This document shows positions 1 to 13,575 of a stretch of 64,000 nucleotides of DNA, in pieces. Position 1 is the first letter of the stretch, and each line of letters opens with the position of its first letter. Origin of the DNA: Spirogloea muscicola (lineage: Eukaryota); contig WELB01000029.1 in NCBI GenBank assembly GCA_009602725.1, positions 627,522 through 691,521 on the forward strand, in the 5' to 3' direction. The notes below the pieces were generated by a model, which was not told the DNA's origin, searched no databases, and saw nothing but the letters and a program-made list of their open reading frames with translations. The position numbers and the translations under genes are program-made.

Positions 1-990
1 TACAAATTATTGTACAGAAATTGACAAGATGACGCGATTACTAGCAATGAAGATTTGTTAAATCCAGCTCATTGACGTGAAAGACCTTGACAGGCTTATC
101 ATTAGCCCCGGTCTCTGATCTCTCGATTGTCTTGACAACGCCAAAACCTTTCCTCACGCAACCAAAGACAACGTGCTTGCCATCCAGATGGCGAGCTGGG
201 GCTGTCGTGATGAAGAACTGCGAGCCGTTTGTGTCAGGGCCGGCGTTTGCCATGGACAGAAGGCCCTTGCGGTCATGCTGCTCCAGACATTCAACGCTGA
301 GAGTGAGAAGAGCTGGGAATTATGTTGATTGGATTCTGCAGAAGACTTGGGTTTGCAGATAAGTTGTGCAGCTGCAGGCATACTCTGAAGGCCAAGCCGG
401 CAGCTTCATCTCGGAACTTGGCACCATAGATGGACTCGCCGCCTGTGCCATTCATGGCCGAGAAATCTCCGCCCTGAATCATGAAACCCTTGATGACTCT
501 GTGGAATGGACTGCCCTGCAATAAAGCGTGCCAAGTCATGGCGTTGTTTAGGAATACATTGTCACGCGAGAAAAAGTATCCTGAGCTTGTTCAAGGTCTG
601 ATCATGAGAAGCTGGCGCTCTATTGCCTGTGCCGAAGCGCCACGAGGTCCTTAAACCCGAGTCATTAACCCTGCTTGCGAGCTCCTCACTGCAATCTTGG
701 CATGAGGTCTCATCTCAAGACTACACGGGTCCAGCGAGCTTGGGTCAGGATCCCGGAACCGACTCTGGGGCCACCTTGAAGTGGAGGGCCTTGCCGGTCG
801 TCGAGCCCAAGCCCTTCTCTCCAGTGCAGAGCGCACGGAAGTTCTCAGCCGTGACCTGGCAGCGGTCCGCCCAGAGCTCGAGCACCACTCGGCCCTGCGG
901 CTCGCCGTCAACGGTGATGTCCAGGAAGCACCGGGTATTGGGTATAGGTGCAGCATCCGCTGGAGCGAGTTCTTCCGCCTGCTCGGCCAT
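1..990 (-). CDS. Cyclophilin-type peptidyl-prolyl isomerase (CYP40/PPID-like N-terminal domain), 5' part; the gene probably continues off the left edge
   Basis: ATG at 990. Exons ~990-775 ([23 protein letters not shown]...[14 protein letters not shown]...LHFK), 515-384 ([18 protein letters not shown]...GTGGESIYG) and 277-~86 ([25 protein letters not shown]...[10 protein letters not shown]), with GT-AG introns. Confidence 0.93.
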
Positions 991-1339
991 GGCGGAGGCT
1001 GCCGCGGCCGCTGCAAGCTCGAATGAGCTCAAGCCTCCTCGTGAACGGTGGTCAGGACTGGGCCCCTCGTCAGAGGCGCGGCGGCGGTGCTGGCTGGGCT
1101 GCGCCGGACGCCTATGGGCCGGCACCAGGCGTTGCGGCGGCGGCAGGGCGGCTGGAGTGGGGTGCGCGACCAGTCGAGCTGACGGCAGAGAAGCGGCGGC
1201 GAGCGACGAGGCGAGGCGGGACGGGCGCAGCGAGGCGGAGACGAGCAAGCGAACGTGAAACGGCTCTTCCAAAGAGGGAAGGCGCGCGGTGCGCATGAAA
1301 TTGAAAGGGAGGCCAATTCTAGCCTTACGAATGTCCTGT

Positions 1340-2190
1340 TAACTGGGTAATGAGCTGGCTAAGGGGGACACTAAATATCCCCGAGTGAGCACATGCATAT
1401 CTGACATGCTATACTGAGGCGCCAAACCACCACCACGGAAGCCATTAGCCTGGGGTAATGCTCGACCAGCACGCTGGTGTATCGCGAGTGCCTGGGAGCG
1501 AAGTGCGCGCCCATAGAGAAGAGGGGCTGGCAAAGCCAGCCCAAAAAAGAATGGACAATGTCCAAAGCCAAAGAAAGAGCAAGCGCGGCCAGATTAACTG
1601 GTGGCTGGGAGAGGCCAGCCCAAAAGAATGGACAAGGTCTGAAGGAGGCGGAGTGCTAAGGACTGAGACAGCAGTAAGCGAACTCTCAGTAACCTCTCGT
1701 CAGTAGATGCACATCTGAGTAGCTAGCAGGCGGAAAGACGTCGCCCTGACGGAAGCCAGAGGCCGCCGCCAGAGCGCGGCCTGCGCGCAAGTGGACCGCA
1801 AAAGCTAGGGACCGCTGCCAAGGAGACAGCCAGGCGCATCCGGAAAACTTGGGCGAGGGACCCGGCGACATGGAAGCCAGGCTGCTCGCCCTGCTGCCCG
1901 TGGCGGCGGGCCGCTGCTCGCCGCGCACAAAGAAAGAGGAGCCGGAAAAAGGACTACACTACAAAACACTGCAGAACACAGAAACGATGCAGAGGGAAGC
2001 TCAGTACCCACGAGTGAGCAACATCAGGTCTGAGTAGCTCGCTGCAGGGAAAGAGCAGGGAGCGCTGTAGACTCAATGATAGCCGCATTCTACAGCATGC
2101 AACGATGGCTTGCGGGACGCTAGCAAAGGGGACTGAGACGGGCGGGAGGCGCCAGCCAAGCACACGGAGCCACTCTGCGTGGCTTCTGCG
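1340..2190 (-). mobile_element. Head-to-tail stack of three 5'-truncated non-LTR (RLE/CRE-like) retroelement 3' ends
   Basis: Minus-strand remnants end in SDMHVLTRGY (1375), SDVHLLTRGY* (stop 1686-1688) and SDLMLLTRGY* (stop 2001-2003). The latter two are preceded by RMRLAVSL/RMRLSLSLQRS. The shared UTR contains GGGCTGGCAAAGCCAGCCC (1524-1542). Confidence 0.7.
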
Positions 2191-2373
2191 CATGGACGCT
2201 CTATCGAGCGAGACAACGACTAGACGGTGGCTGACGAAGGAAATGGAGTCGGATTAAGTGGTGGAGGGCCCGTTTGTCGGCCAAGCTGCAAACCTGCTTG
2301 CCAGTACACTGGGGCAAGCCTTTCTGGCCACGTTCATCCAGCTCGCCCTGCCGCCGGCGGGCCAGCTCCGGGC

Positions 2374-5042
<2,669 letters not shown>

Positions 5043-6203
5043 GGCAAGGGCAGCATGATTCAAAGCCCTGAACCTCCTTGCATGCCTTTACTCCTTGCAT
5101 GCCTTTAATTTGCAAGCTCACTGCTCATCCTTATGGAGCAAGGAATTCCCAGGCAGGCATCCCATTGACAGCCAGCCCATGCCGACAGGCCACATTGAAC
5201 AAAGCCCGCCAAGCGCATGCAGCTTAGTAAAAGAGGGAAGGGCTGCAACACCAAGCACAGCAAGAAAAAGGCATCCTCTGAGTGTCACGCTGCTACTTTG
5301 ACAAATCGGCACATTGGCCTGTTCAACATGCTTGCATACTTGCAAGGGCTCCTTGAAAAGCATTGGAAGGCAACTTCGCCAGGAATTGATTAATAAAAGG
5401 TGTGATGGTTGCCACTCGCTGCTGCTGCTGCAAGACACCAGCTGTGATGACCCTGCCTCTAGTGCGATGCTACTCCATGGCCAGGGCCAAGTCGCCTGCA
5501 CAGGCTGCATGTAAGCCTCTAATAAGCGGCTGTCAGCAGCCTCACAGCTGTCCTTACACCGAGGTGCAGACTATATTGAGTTGCAGCAACAGCGCCTCGA
5601 TGGCGAAAATGTAGAAATATGTAATGTAAATGCCAATGTCCTTGACAGGACATCGTGCAATGCAGACAATGGTGCCATCAAAAAGCATGCAGATCCTGAT
5701 AGGGTTGATCAGACCGCTAGCTGCACAGCAGGTGACTGCAGGACGCACTGCTGTATTAACAATCTCAAAGTGCTGCACTATTACAGAGAGTGCTTTGAGA
5801 TTCCTGTCATGGATGGCTTTCATACACGTGCATTGCGCCCCTTTCTTCAGCTGCATCAATTTCAATTGCTTGAAGGTATCACTGGGTGACAATTGCAGAG
5901 GGTTCAGCTAGGCGATGTGGATGTGTGCACTTCCATCTGCAGCTTGAATTAGGACAACATGCAAATATGCTCATCAACACTGGCATCCTTTTGGTAGTCT
6001 AAGCAACAAATGACGCTCTCCCTTCCAAAGCAAAAGCACTTAATATAAGGCCCTGTTCTGTGTTCTGGACAATTTTTCAAGACATATTCCACAGTGCTAG
6101 ATTTGACTTAAGTCCTTTGTCAAAATAACAGTGCTGAGTGCTCGAGGCTGAAAGGCACACAGAAGCTTGTCTCATAAAACGTAGCAGCAGACAACATGCC
6201 CAG

Positions 6204-7840
6204 CTATGTGCCAAACTCCTCGTCTGGCCTACTGGGCCGCTTATACAAGAAAATGAGCCTAGATGCTATTGGGCGGTTGAGGAACTCGTGGTGGCTGCAC
6301 ACCCACTCTTCCGGAGCAAACTCTGCAGAGAAACTCTTGATTCTCTCGTACTCCTCCCTGCAAAAGCTCGCTGCTGTATGTCAAGTGCGTTAAACCAGCT
6401 GCCTTGTTGCAGCAAGGTTGGCCGAAGAAGTCGGCCAAAGGAAGCATAAGCTGGTCTTCTGATGTAGGACTCGGGTTCAGAATCTGTTGTTGAGAGCCCA
6501 GAGACTACCTGCCGCCAGGGTGGCCGATGTAAGCAATGATGCTGATGAGCCCGCCGGGTGCCACGACTACGGTTGCGGCTGCCAGGGCCTTCAATGTGGT
6601 GCCATTCCGAGTTATCACCTCCTTGTTGCCACCCGGGAGGTACCCCAGATTGAATGCTACCAAGCTGCCCAACAAACATCAACAAAGAGCCTCAGATTAT
6701 AGATCTGGAGCAAGACCTCAATGTGCACCATGGAAGTCCCAGCGAGTTGCAATGACTTTTATCAGGTCAAGTTGTTCTGTTGCCAACACAAGGTACCCCT
6801 GCTTAGCAAGCTACCAAGTGACGCAGCAAATACTGCAACAAGCCACCATTTATAGCTCTGGAGCAAGATCCCGATTTGCGCAAAGTGGTGGTCAGGTACC
6901 GCAAGTTGCATTAACTCTCGTCAGATCAAGCACAGCACCTAGCTGATGCAGGAGGGACGAAGTCCACCAGCTTGCTGTGGCAGCTGTGCACCAAGGTCAC
7001 CCTCTCCATCTGGCCAGCAGGTCAAAGTGAAGATTATCAATGCGTGGATCACAGTTGCTACAAACACTGTGCGCAATGCCTGACACAAGGTAAAGAGATA
7101 ATGGACAATAAGCACAGACGATTTGATCACGAATTTTCTGCCACATGTATCATCCCTTTTTGGAAACTCGCACTTGTTAAGAAATGAGAGATGTCAGCTG
7201 GATGCAGACCTTAGACAACCTCAGGATTGCAAGACGAGGCTACAGTCTCGGGTCACAGACCCTGAAATAAGACCCAATCTTGATGTAGTATCCTGATGTA
7301 GTACCCAACGCTAGGCCCCACATTGGCTTAGATATTTTAATCATAAGAAGGCGCCCTGCATCACACCTCGGCAGACCTGAGGCTCCTTCCGAGCAAGTGG
7401 CGAGTGGAGTCCAGGGCCGCTTGCTGGATGTCGAAGCCGACGAGGCGGCCAGCCATCTCCTGCCCCGGATCCCGCCCTGAGATGGCCAGCCTCGCCAGCT
7501 GCAGAGCGTCATGGCCGTTGCCGCACGTCGCGTCCACGACGGTGTCGCCCGGCCTCACGACGCTCTCCCACAATCTGACTGGAGAAGCAGCGCACCGCCG
7601 TCAGAACTCGCACGGAAGCGCAGAGGCTCTGAGCTCTGCACCAGCGCCACAATGCTGGGTGGCCTGACGGCCGCCAACGACAACGACCAGACAGGGCGTC
7701 CATCGCGCCGAGAACGACGGCGCAGAGGCCGGGCTAGGGCTTCGAGGGCAGAGGCAGCTGCGGGAGCGCCGGAGCGCAGACCTGTGGGCGATGGCCGTGG
7801 TCCTCCTCCCGCCCAGCACCATGGCGTCCAGCGCGCCGGG

Positions 7841-7871
<31 letters not shown>

Positions 7872-7958
7872 CGCAGGCCNNNNNNNNNNNNNCGGGCGCC
7901 ATGGCCGCGGTGCGGGGGGCCCGGCGGCGGGCCTGCGCCACGGCTGCCGCCGCAGCAT
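6204..7958 (-). CDS. SAM-dependent methyltransferase, YtqB/MnmM ('putative rRNA methylase') family, probably organelle-targeted; start uncertain because of the N gap at 7880-7892
   Basis: Exons encode [30 protein letters not shown]...[39 protein letters not shown]...[15 protein letters not shown] and EEYERIKSF...HEFLNRP. TAG at 6204-6206. Confidence 0.88.
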
Positions 7959-8071
7959 GGCCGCCGGGGGGGCTTTCTGGGCTTCTCCTCGTTAGCGCGT
8001 GCAGCTTGCTTCGTTCCCTACATTGGTTACAGACGACCGGAAGCATGTACTCACCATGAACCTGCACTTGA

Positions 8072-8250
8072 AGCAAGCGCGGCCAGATTAACTGGTGGCT
8101 GGGAGAGGCCAGCCCAAAGGAATGGACAAGGTCTGAAGACTTGCACTTGCACTTGCACTTGCACTTGCTGACCTGCGGTTATTGAGCTTCAGACCTTGTC
8201 CATTCGTTTGGGCTGGCCTCTCACAGCCACCAGTCAATCTGGAAGCGCTG
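8072..8250. repeat. Inverted pair of non-LTR 3'-UTR copies around an (ACTTGC)n expansion
   Basis: 8076-8138 and 8187-8249 are near reverse complements. The spacer holds about 5 ACTTGC units, then CTG ACC TGC GGT TAT TGA (LTCGY*, stop 8183-8185). Confidence 0.8.
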
Positions 8251-8301
8251 TTTCTATTGAGCGCCTCTTGCTGACGTCTTGAGACTAGCATCTTGTTACA
8301 T

Positions 8302-8802
8302 TCCTTCTTGAGTTCGGCTGTAGGGGGTTCAGGGACCAACCCACTACACAGGCAAAGCACTAGCGCATAGGCGCAGCGGAAGACAGGCCCCGTGGCGCCG
8401 CCGTCCGGCGGCGACTCCACCTCCTGGGCGCAGGCCGGCGCAGCAGGCCCCGCAGCAAGGTGCGGCGGCGGCTGCGGCGGCGAGCAGCGGCAAGGCTGCT
8501 CCTGGGCTTCACCGGCTCGAACTCCTCTCTCGAGCCTCAGCCCCCAAGGCACTTCGTGCTTCCCCGTGCCACCCCCCCTCCAGGGGTGTGAGCGGGTCGC
8601 CCCAGCGGGCGGGCCCAAGATCCCCCCCTTGGCAGGGTGGAACCTGGCGAGGGATATTTCTGGACGGGTTTAGGGTTTGCCTCTGGGCGGGCCACTTGCC
8701 CGGCAAGCCAGCCAGCCACCTGGCGGGCCCACTTGTCCCAAATAGCCGGTCATGTAATTTCAACAGAGCTATGTGCCTTGACCAAATGGCTGGTTCATCA
8801 CA
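8302..8802 (-). mobile_element. Solo LTR of family A, missing ~40 bp at one end
   Basis: Closely matches the LTR-A copies at 44630-45178 and 56034-56584 (tccttcttgagttcggctgtaggggg...ggttcatcaca). Confidence 0.9.
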
Positions 8803-9189
8803 GCTGGGCCTTTCACAGCCACTGCCTTGACCTCAAAGAGTTGTAAATTTGTGATGTGAGGATGTAAGATGAATATCACGCATGATGTGAAGAAAGAGCT
8901 CCTCCAATGTAAAGCAATCAATGCCTGTGCGAGGCCAACCCAAAGGAATGTAGAGGTAGCCTTCAGTCGCGTTTTGATTGAATGTGTTGATTAATGTTGG
9001 GCTAGAGTATAAGCTCTGTGATTATCTGATCACGAAGCGGCGCCCTTTGTACTTTGTTGTAGTTGCTGTTGTCGTTGCTGTTGTTATTGCTGTTCCGTTG
9101 AAATCCGCGACAACCCAACATCAAGGGAAGGACGGACGGGCGCATGGAAAGAAAGATACAGCTCTTACAATGTACCCAGAATGCAGAAA

Positions 9190-9470
9190 TTGCACTACCA
9201 AAATGATCAGCTGGTGTTGGCAATGGATATCTAACTGGCGGCATCTACAGTCCATTAACCTGCACACATATGCCTGTCTGCACAACGACCATGTTCGTCC
9301 TTTCTGGCTGGGAAGAAGAGTAAGAGCTGCAAATGAGCTAATAGATGGTTCTATCATACCGACAGCCAGTAAGTCCGTACAACGTCTTCTGCAAAGTCAT
9401 CTTCACAAGGTGATGAAGTGTACCTCTTGCAGAAAATGGCTATGAAATTGGCCTTCTGGCAAATACACAA
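9190..9470 (-). pseudogene. Highly decayed Ty3/gypsy reverse-transcriptase N-terminal relic
   Basis: Frameshifted minus-strand peptides RCTDLLAVGMIEPSISSFAALTLL / PARKDEHGRCADRHMCAG* / RYPLPTPADHF. They parallel the gypsy RT blocks L..G.IEPS.S.YA.P, KKD..RMC.DYR and RYPLP. Confidence 0.6.
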
Positions 9471-9678
9471 TGCAGCTGCCGAGAAGGCAAAGCATGCAAT
9501 AATCTACAGGAGCAGTTTCGGGGGTTCTTGCTGCTGCATTTTACGCAATTAAGACCAAGCTGCCAGTCGCATGCAAGGGAAAGCTGGAGTCCAAGCCTGG
9601 GGGCAATGCAAGCCCAAACGCACTGCGACAAGCAAAGTGGCGGTCCTGCCACGTCTAGACACTTCTCAAAGAAGATCC

Positions 9679-9787
9679 AAAGAATGTACTAGCAACAAGG
9701 GGACACTAATCATGACACTAATCATGATGCTAAAAGAATGTACTAGCAACAAGGGGACGCTAATCATGACACAATATCATGATCCTA
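9679..9787. repeat. Direct tandem duplication (~54 bp x2)
   Basis: aaagaatgtactagcaacaaggggac(a/g)ctaatcatgacac occurs twice in tandem. Confidence 0.85.
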
Positions 9788-9937
9788 GGCAACAAAGAAT
9801 TGGAGGTTCGAGCTGTGCACTTCCCAGGAATTGGTCACAAAGAGCAAGGTATGCTAATGACATTGCATGTAAAGCCTGGAGGAGCAACTGCGTTACGACG
9901 TATTGCAGGAGGCAGCTCCCTGGACGCACCTATTGAC

Positions 9938-11518
9938 TTAAGCAAAGCCCTTGGCATAACCACTCCTTTCCCCTCTCCGCGCGCTCCGGTAAGCACAGCA
10001 TCCGACAGAGTAGAGGACAATGATGAGGGCCAGGATGGCAAGGTTCACATATGCAATCAGGCGCCAGTCCTTCTGTATCAAGTGGAGTGCGCCGGCCTTG
10101 CAGGTATTGCAGTCATAGCAGAGCTCGTCCTGGCTGTTGCTCCAGGTGGAGCAGTCCGTGTCATTGCTCACTGCTGCGCCAACAGTGCTCCAGTCTGTGG
10201 CATTGATGTACGTGAAGCCGCAAGCTGCTGGTGGCATACAGCATCCCGACTGCCAGGCAACACATTCTTGAACACAATGTCAGATTCTCAAAGTAAGGGT
10301 GGCATTTACGCGGGTCCGTGCTGACAGATCGCGTTTGGCCGTTTCTACATACACATCAAGAAGGCAAGGGCAGTCAGGAAGATTGCGCCAAAGGCACCTG
10401 CACAGAGGAGAGCTTGGCGGCTGCCAGGAGTGCGAAAGTCGGGTATTTGTTGTCAAGCTTGGAGCAAGTCTTGGAATCCAAGATGCATGCCTTGATTTTC
10501 TTCCAGCGGCCAGCATTATTGACCTGGGAAGAGCCAAGAAGCATTGCGCGGGGTCAGAGCACTACAGCAGTAACTGCTGAGCTTTCTCACGTACAATCGT
10601 ACTTGCAGCCCAGTATCTTTGTCATTGTGATCATTCTCAACTATTAGATTGCAGTGTGTCTGCTCGGTGCAGCTCTGCAGGATCATGCTTGCATGCACAC
10701 ATGCAAGACATTCTGTCGGTGGCACGCTGACTTGCAGGTAATAGATTGCAAAGCAAGATTCTGGCTACCTGCTTCTGGAGCCAATCGCTGAAGTCACTTG
10801 TCTTGTACTGCTTGTACCCTCGTCCTGAGACGACTTCCCCAGCCTTGCTGTTGGTGACGAGGAATGAGAACACTGCACCACACCAGGCACCTCAAGAGGG
10901 TGAGATTTGACACAGTATCTCGTGCAGCAGCAATTTCAGGTCCGGTCAAAACTATTGGAATTCTTGGTTCTAGTGTCGGACCAGATTAGCGTGACACAAG
11001 CCCAATATAAGTACATCTTCGGTTGTAGACTGATTAGAGCAGGAAACGAACAGTCCGAGTGAAAGAGGACACAACACGCGCACCTGTGAGGGCGGCCAGA
11101 GCGAGGACGAGGAGGAACATGGCGAGGCAGTAGAGCCAGAGGAGGGCGGAGGAGCCGTTGAGGGCGCCGAGGAAGCCCACGAGCGCGACGATGGACACGG
11201 CCGCCCCCAGTATGATGATGGGCCACTTGAGCGCACGGATGCAGTCAGCGCCGTGGTCCCTGCAGCAGTCGAAGGCAAGAGCATGAGCGCCGCAGAGCGG
11301 TGAGCCTCCATGAAATGCGAGGCGGCCTGCAAATGCAGAGCCTGAGAATCGAATCTGCGTCTCCAGCTTGCGAGTGCGGAGTGCGCGGGCGCGGGCTGCG
11401 GCTCCCGGCCCGGAGCTGCCGACCTGGTGGCGAAGTAGATCCCGGTGCCGAGCAGCGCCAGGCCCAGCAGCATGAGGGCGAAGGTGACGAGCGCCGTCAG
11501 CTTCTGGCTCGCGGCCAT
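9938..11518 (-). CDS. Plant-type tetraspanin, 5 exons
   Basis: ATG 11518. Four hydrophobic segments. EC2 contains GEVVSGRGYKQY..DFSDWLQ, WKKIKACI and SGCCMPPAACG...DCSTWSN...LCYDCNTCKAG. C-terminus YSVGCCAYR; stop 9938-9940. Confidence 0.93.
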
Positions 11519-11837
11519 CGCCGGCGGCGGGCGCGGGCGCGAGGGCGGCGGCGGCGGCGGCGCGGCGGCGGCGCGGGCGCGAGGAGGGGCGGCAGGGAGG
11601 CAGGCAGCGGCGACGGCGGGCGGTGGCGGCTGGTGGAGGAAGAGACGGTTATTTGAATGGGAGGTAGTGGTCGAGGAGGACACAGCCCAAGGGAATGCAC
11701 AGAGAAGGCAGCTGTTCCACTTTAAGGTAGTGGTGGCTGCAAGGAAGAAGGAAGAAGAAGTGGCACTCCCAGAGCCAGAGGCAGCAGCGAGGGCTGAAAG
11801 GGAGCCGGAAGGCGGTCAAGAGCAGGATAGTAGTTTC

Positions 11838-13495
11838 TCTTAGCGCTTCCCCTGGCCCCCTTCTCGTGCTTTGTTCCCTCTTTTTTGGACTGGCATTTCC
11901 AGCCCCTATCCTCAATGGGCGAGCACTTCCTCTTCCTCTTTCTGATAGAAAGAGAATGCTGCTGCTGATATTAAAAGAGCGGCTGTGAAAGCCAGATGCA
12001 TACAGGTGTCCATGACGGAGCCACAAATAATAGTTCTGATAGTAGACGCGAGGGGCCCTGGAGGCGCGTCGGGAGGGGGGGGGGGCCGAAGCAGGACGGG
12101 TGCTGCGGGATAGGGGGGGGGGGGTCAATGCGGCGTTGACCCCCCCTATTCCCACCGCGCTTTGTCGGGCGGCGCGGGCGCGAGTCGTCGGGAGGGCGCT
12201 CGTCTCCCGGCGGGGCCCGCCGACACGGAACGCGGCGTCTCACGCGCCGGAGCGCCCCGCTGGCACAGCCGGGCCAGGTCAGTAATCCACGTAGGCGCCT
12301 CCACGTCAGGGGCTCGAGCTGACCTGGCCTCGGGGCAAGCTTTCCAAAACCCCTGTGCGTGACACTTGGCAGGTCCCCTTCCCCCTTCAGCAGCGAGAGA
12401 AGGGCCCGCCCATTGAGTATAGGGGCTGGATAAAGCCAGCCCAAAAAAGAATGAACAGAGGACGAGAATGGGCCAGGGGAAGCACTAAGAACAACAAGCA
12501 CAAAAACGAAACGAAGCAGCTACGAAGCACTCAGTAACCCCTGCTAAGCACCCTCAGGTCAGAGAGACTGGGTTCCTGGAAGCGGGTCCCCTGGCCAGAG
12601 CCGGAGGCAGCAGCGAGGGCTCTGCCTGCACGCAGGTGCAGCGCGCGGGCCATAGACCTCTGCAGCGAGACGGCCAAGCGCATGCGGCACACCTGCGCTA
12701 GCGACCCGGCTGCATTGGAGTCCCTTTTAGCAGCACCCTGAAATTGGTTGACAAGGTCCGAAGCTGATGAGGCCCCTCCATCATTGTGGCTTTAGGTCCC
12801 TCCGCCATTTGGCCCCTTCGAACCTTTGTCAATTCTTTTCGGGCTGGCTTCTCACAGCCCTTGCCCCCATTGGGAGAGCCACTTCTTCTTGCCCCCATTG
12901 GGAGAGCCACTTCTTCTTCTTTAGGCCCCGCAGTCGCTGCTTAGCTCGTAATCTGGCCCCTTCGAACCTTGTCAATTACTTTCGGGCTGGCTTCTCACAG
13001 CCCTTGCCCCCATTGGGAGAGCCACTTCTTCTCACAGCCCTTGGCCCCATGGGGAGAGAAGTGCGCGCCCATAGAGAAGAGGGGCTGGCAAAGCCAGCCC
13101 AAAAAAGAATGGACAATGTCCAAAGCCAAAGAAAGAGGAGCCGGAGAGAGAGCCACTTCTTTCTTTCTTCGCCTCTCCCGTTTGGGAGAGCCGCTTCTTC
13201 TCACAGCCCTTGCCCCCATCGGGAGAGCCACTTCTTCTCCCAGCCCCTCTGCTCTATGGGCGAGCAATTTCTTCTCTAATGGCGCGCACTCTCTTCCCAA
13301 AGGGGGCAGAACAGCCAGCCCGAGAAGAAATGACAAGATTTGAAGCTGACCCGCTCAGTACCCCGAGTCAGCACGTAGAGGTCGCGAATTGATGCCCGAA
13401 TACCAAACGGGGCGGCTGCTTCTCTAGAAGAGAGGCTGGGTTTATTGATGATTGGGGCTGGAAAAAGCCAGCCCAAACTGGGGGTGTCGTGAACC
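11838..13495. mobile_element. Cluster of non-LTR 3'-end/UTR fragments in both orientations between tetraspanin and MMT
   Basis: Minus copy 12531-~12720 reads AAGSLAQVCRMRLAVSLQRSMARALHLRAGRALAAASG...SDLRVLSRGY*. UTR copies at ~11838-11945(+), 12395-12530(-), 12810-13040(+, subrepeated), 13060-13140(-), 13280-13430(-, DLYVLTRG) and 13440-13490(-). Confidence 0.7.
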
Positions 13496-13575
13496 TCGGT
13501 GACTCGGCCTGGCTCCGTCCTGACCGAGGCCAGCCCGCGAGAGCTCCAACGGGCGCTGGCCCGGCGCCGCCCGCC

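Noticed and set aside
1686..1930. Plus-strand peptide PEAAARARPARKW...ETARRMRxTWASDP conserved across repeat copies
   Set aside because: It is the shadow of the opposite-strand frame, which shares the wobble position and has the conserved stop and a recognisable motif.
5095..5911. Several 60-130 aa ORFs between AOR and the methyltransferase
   Set aside because: No recognisable domain or coherent exon chain; probably UTR or intergenic DNA.
9375..9400. Copia-like QKTLYGL on the minus strand
   Set aside because: It is an isolated match. The overlapping frames give several ordered gypsy RT blocks instead.
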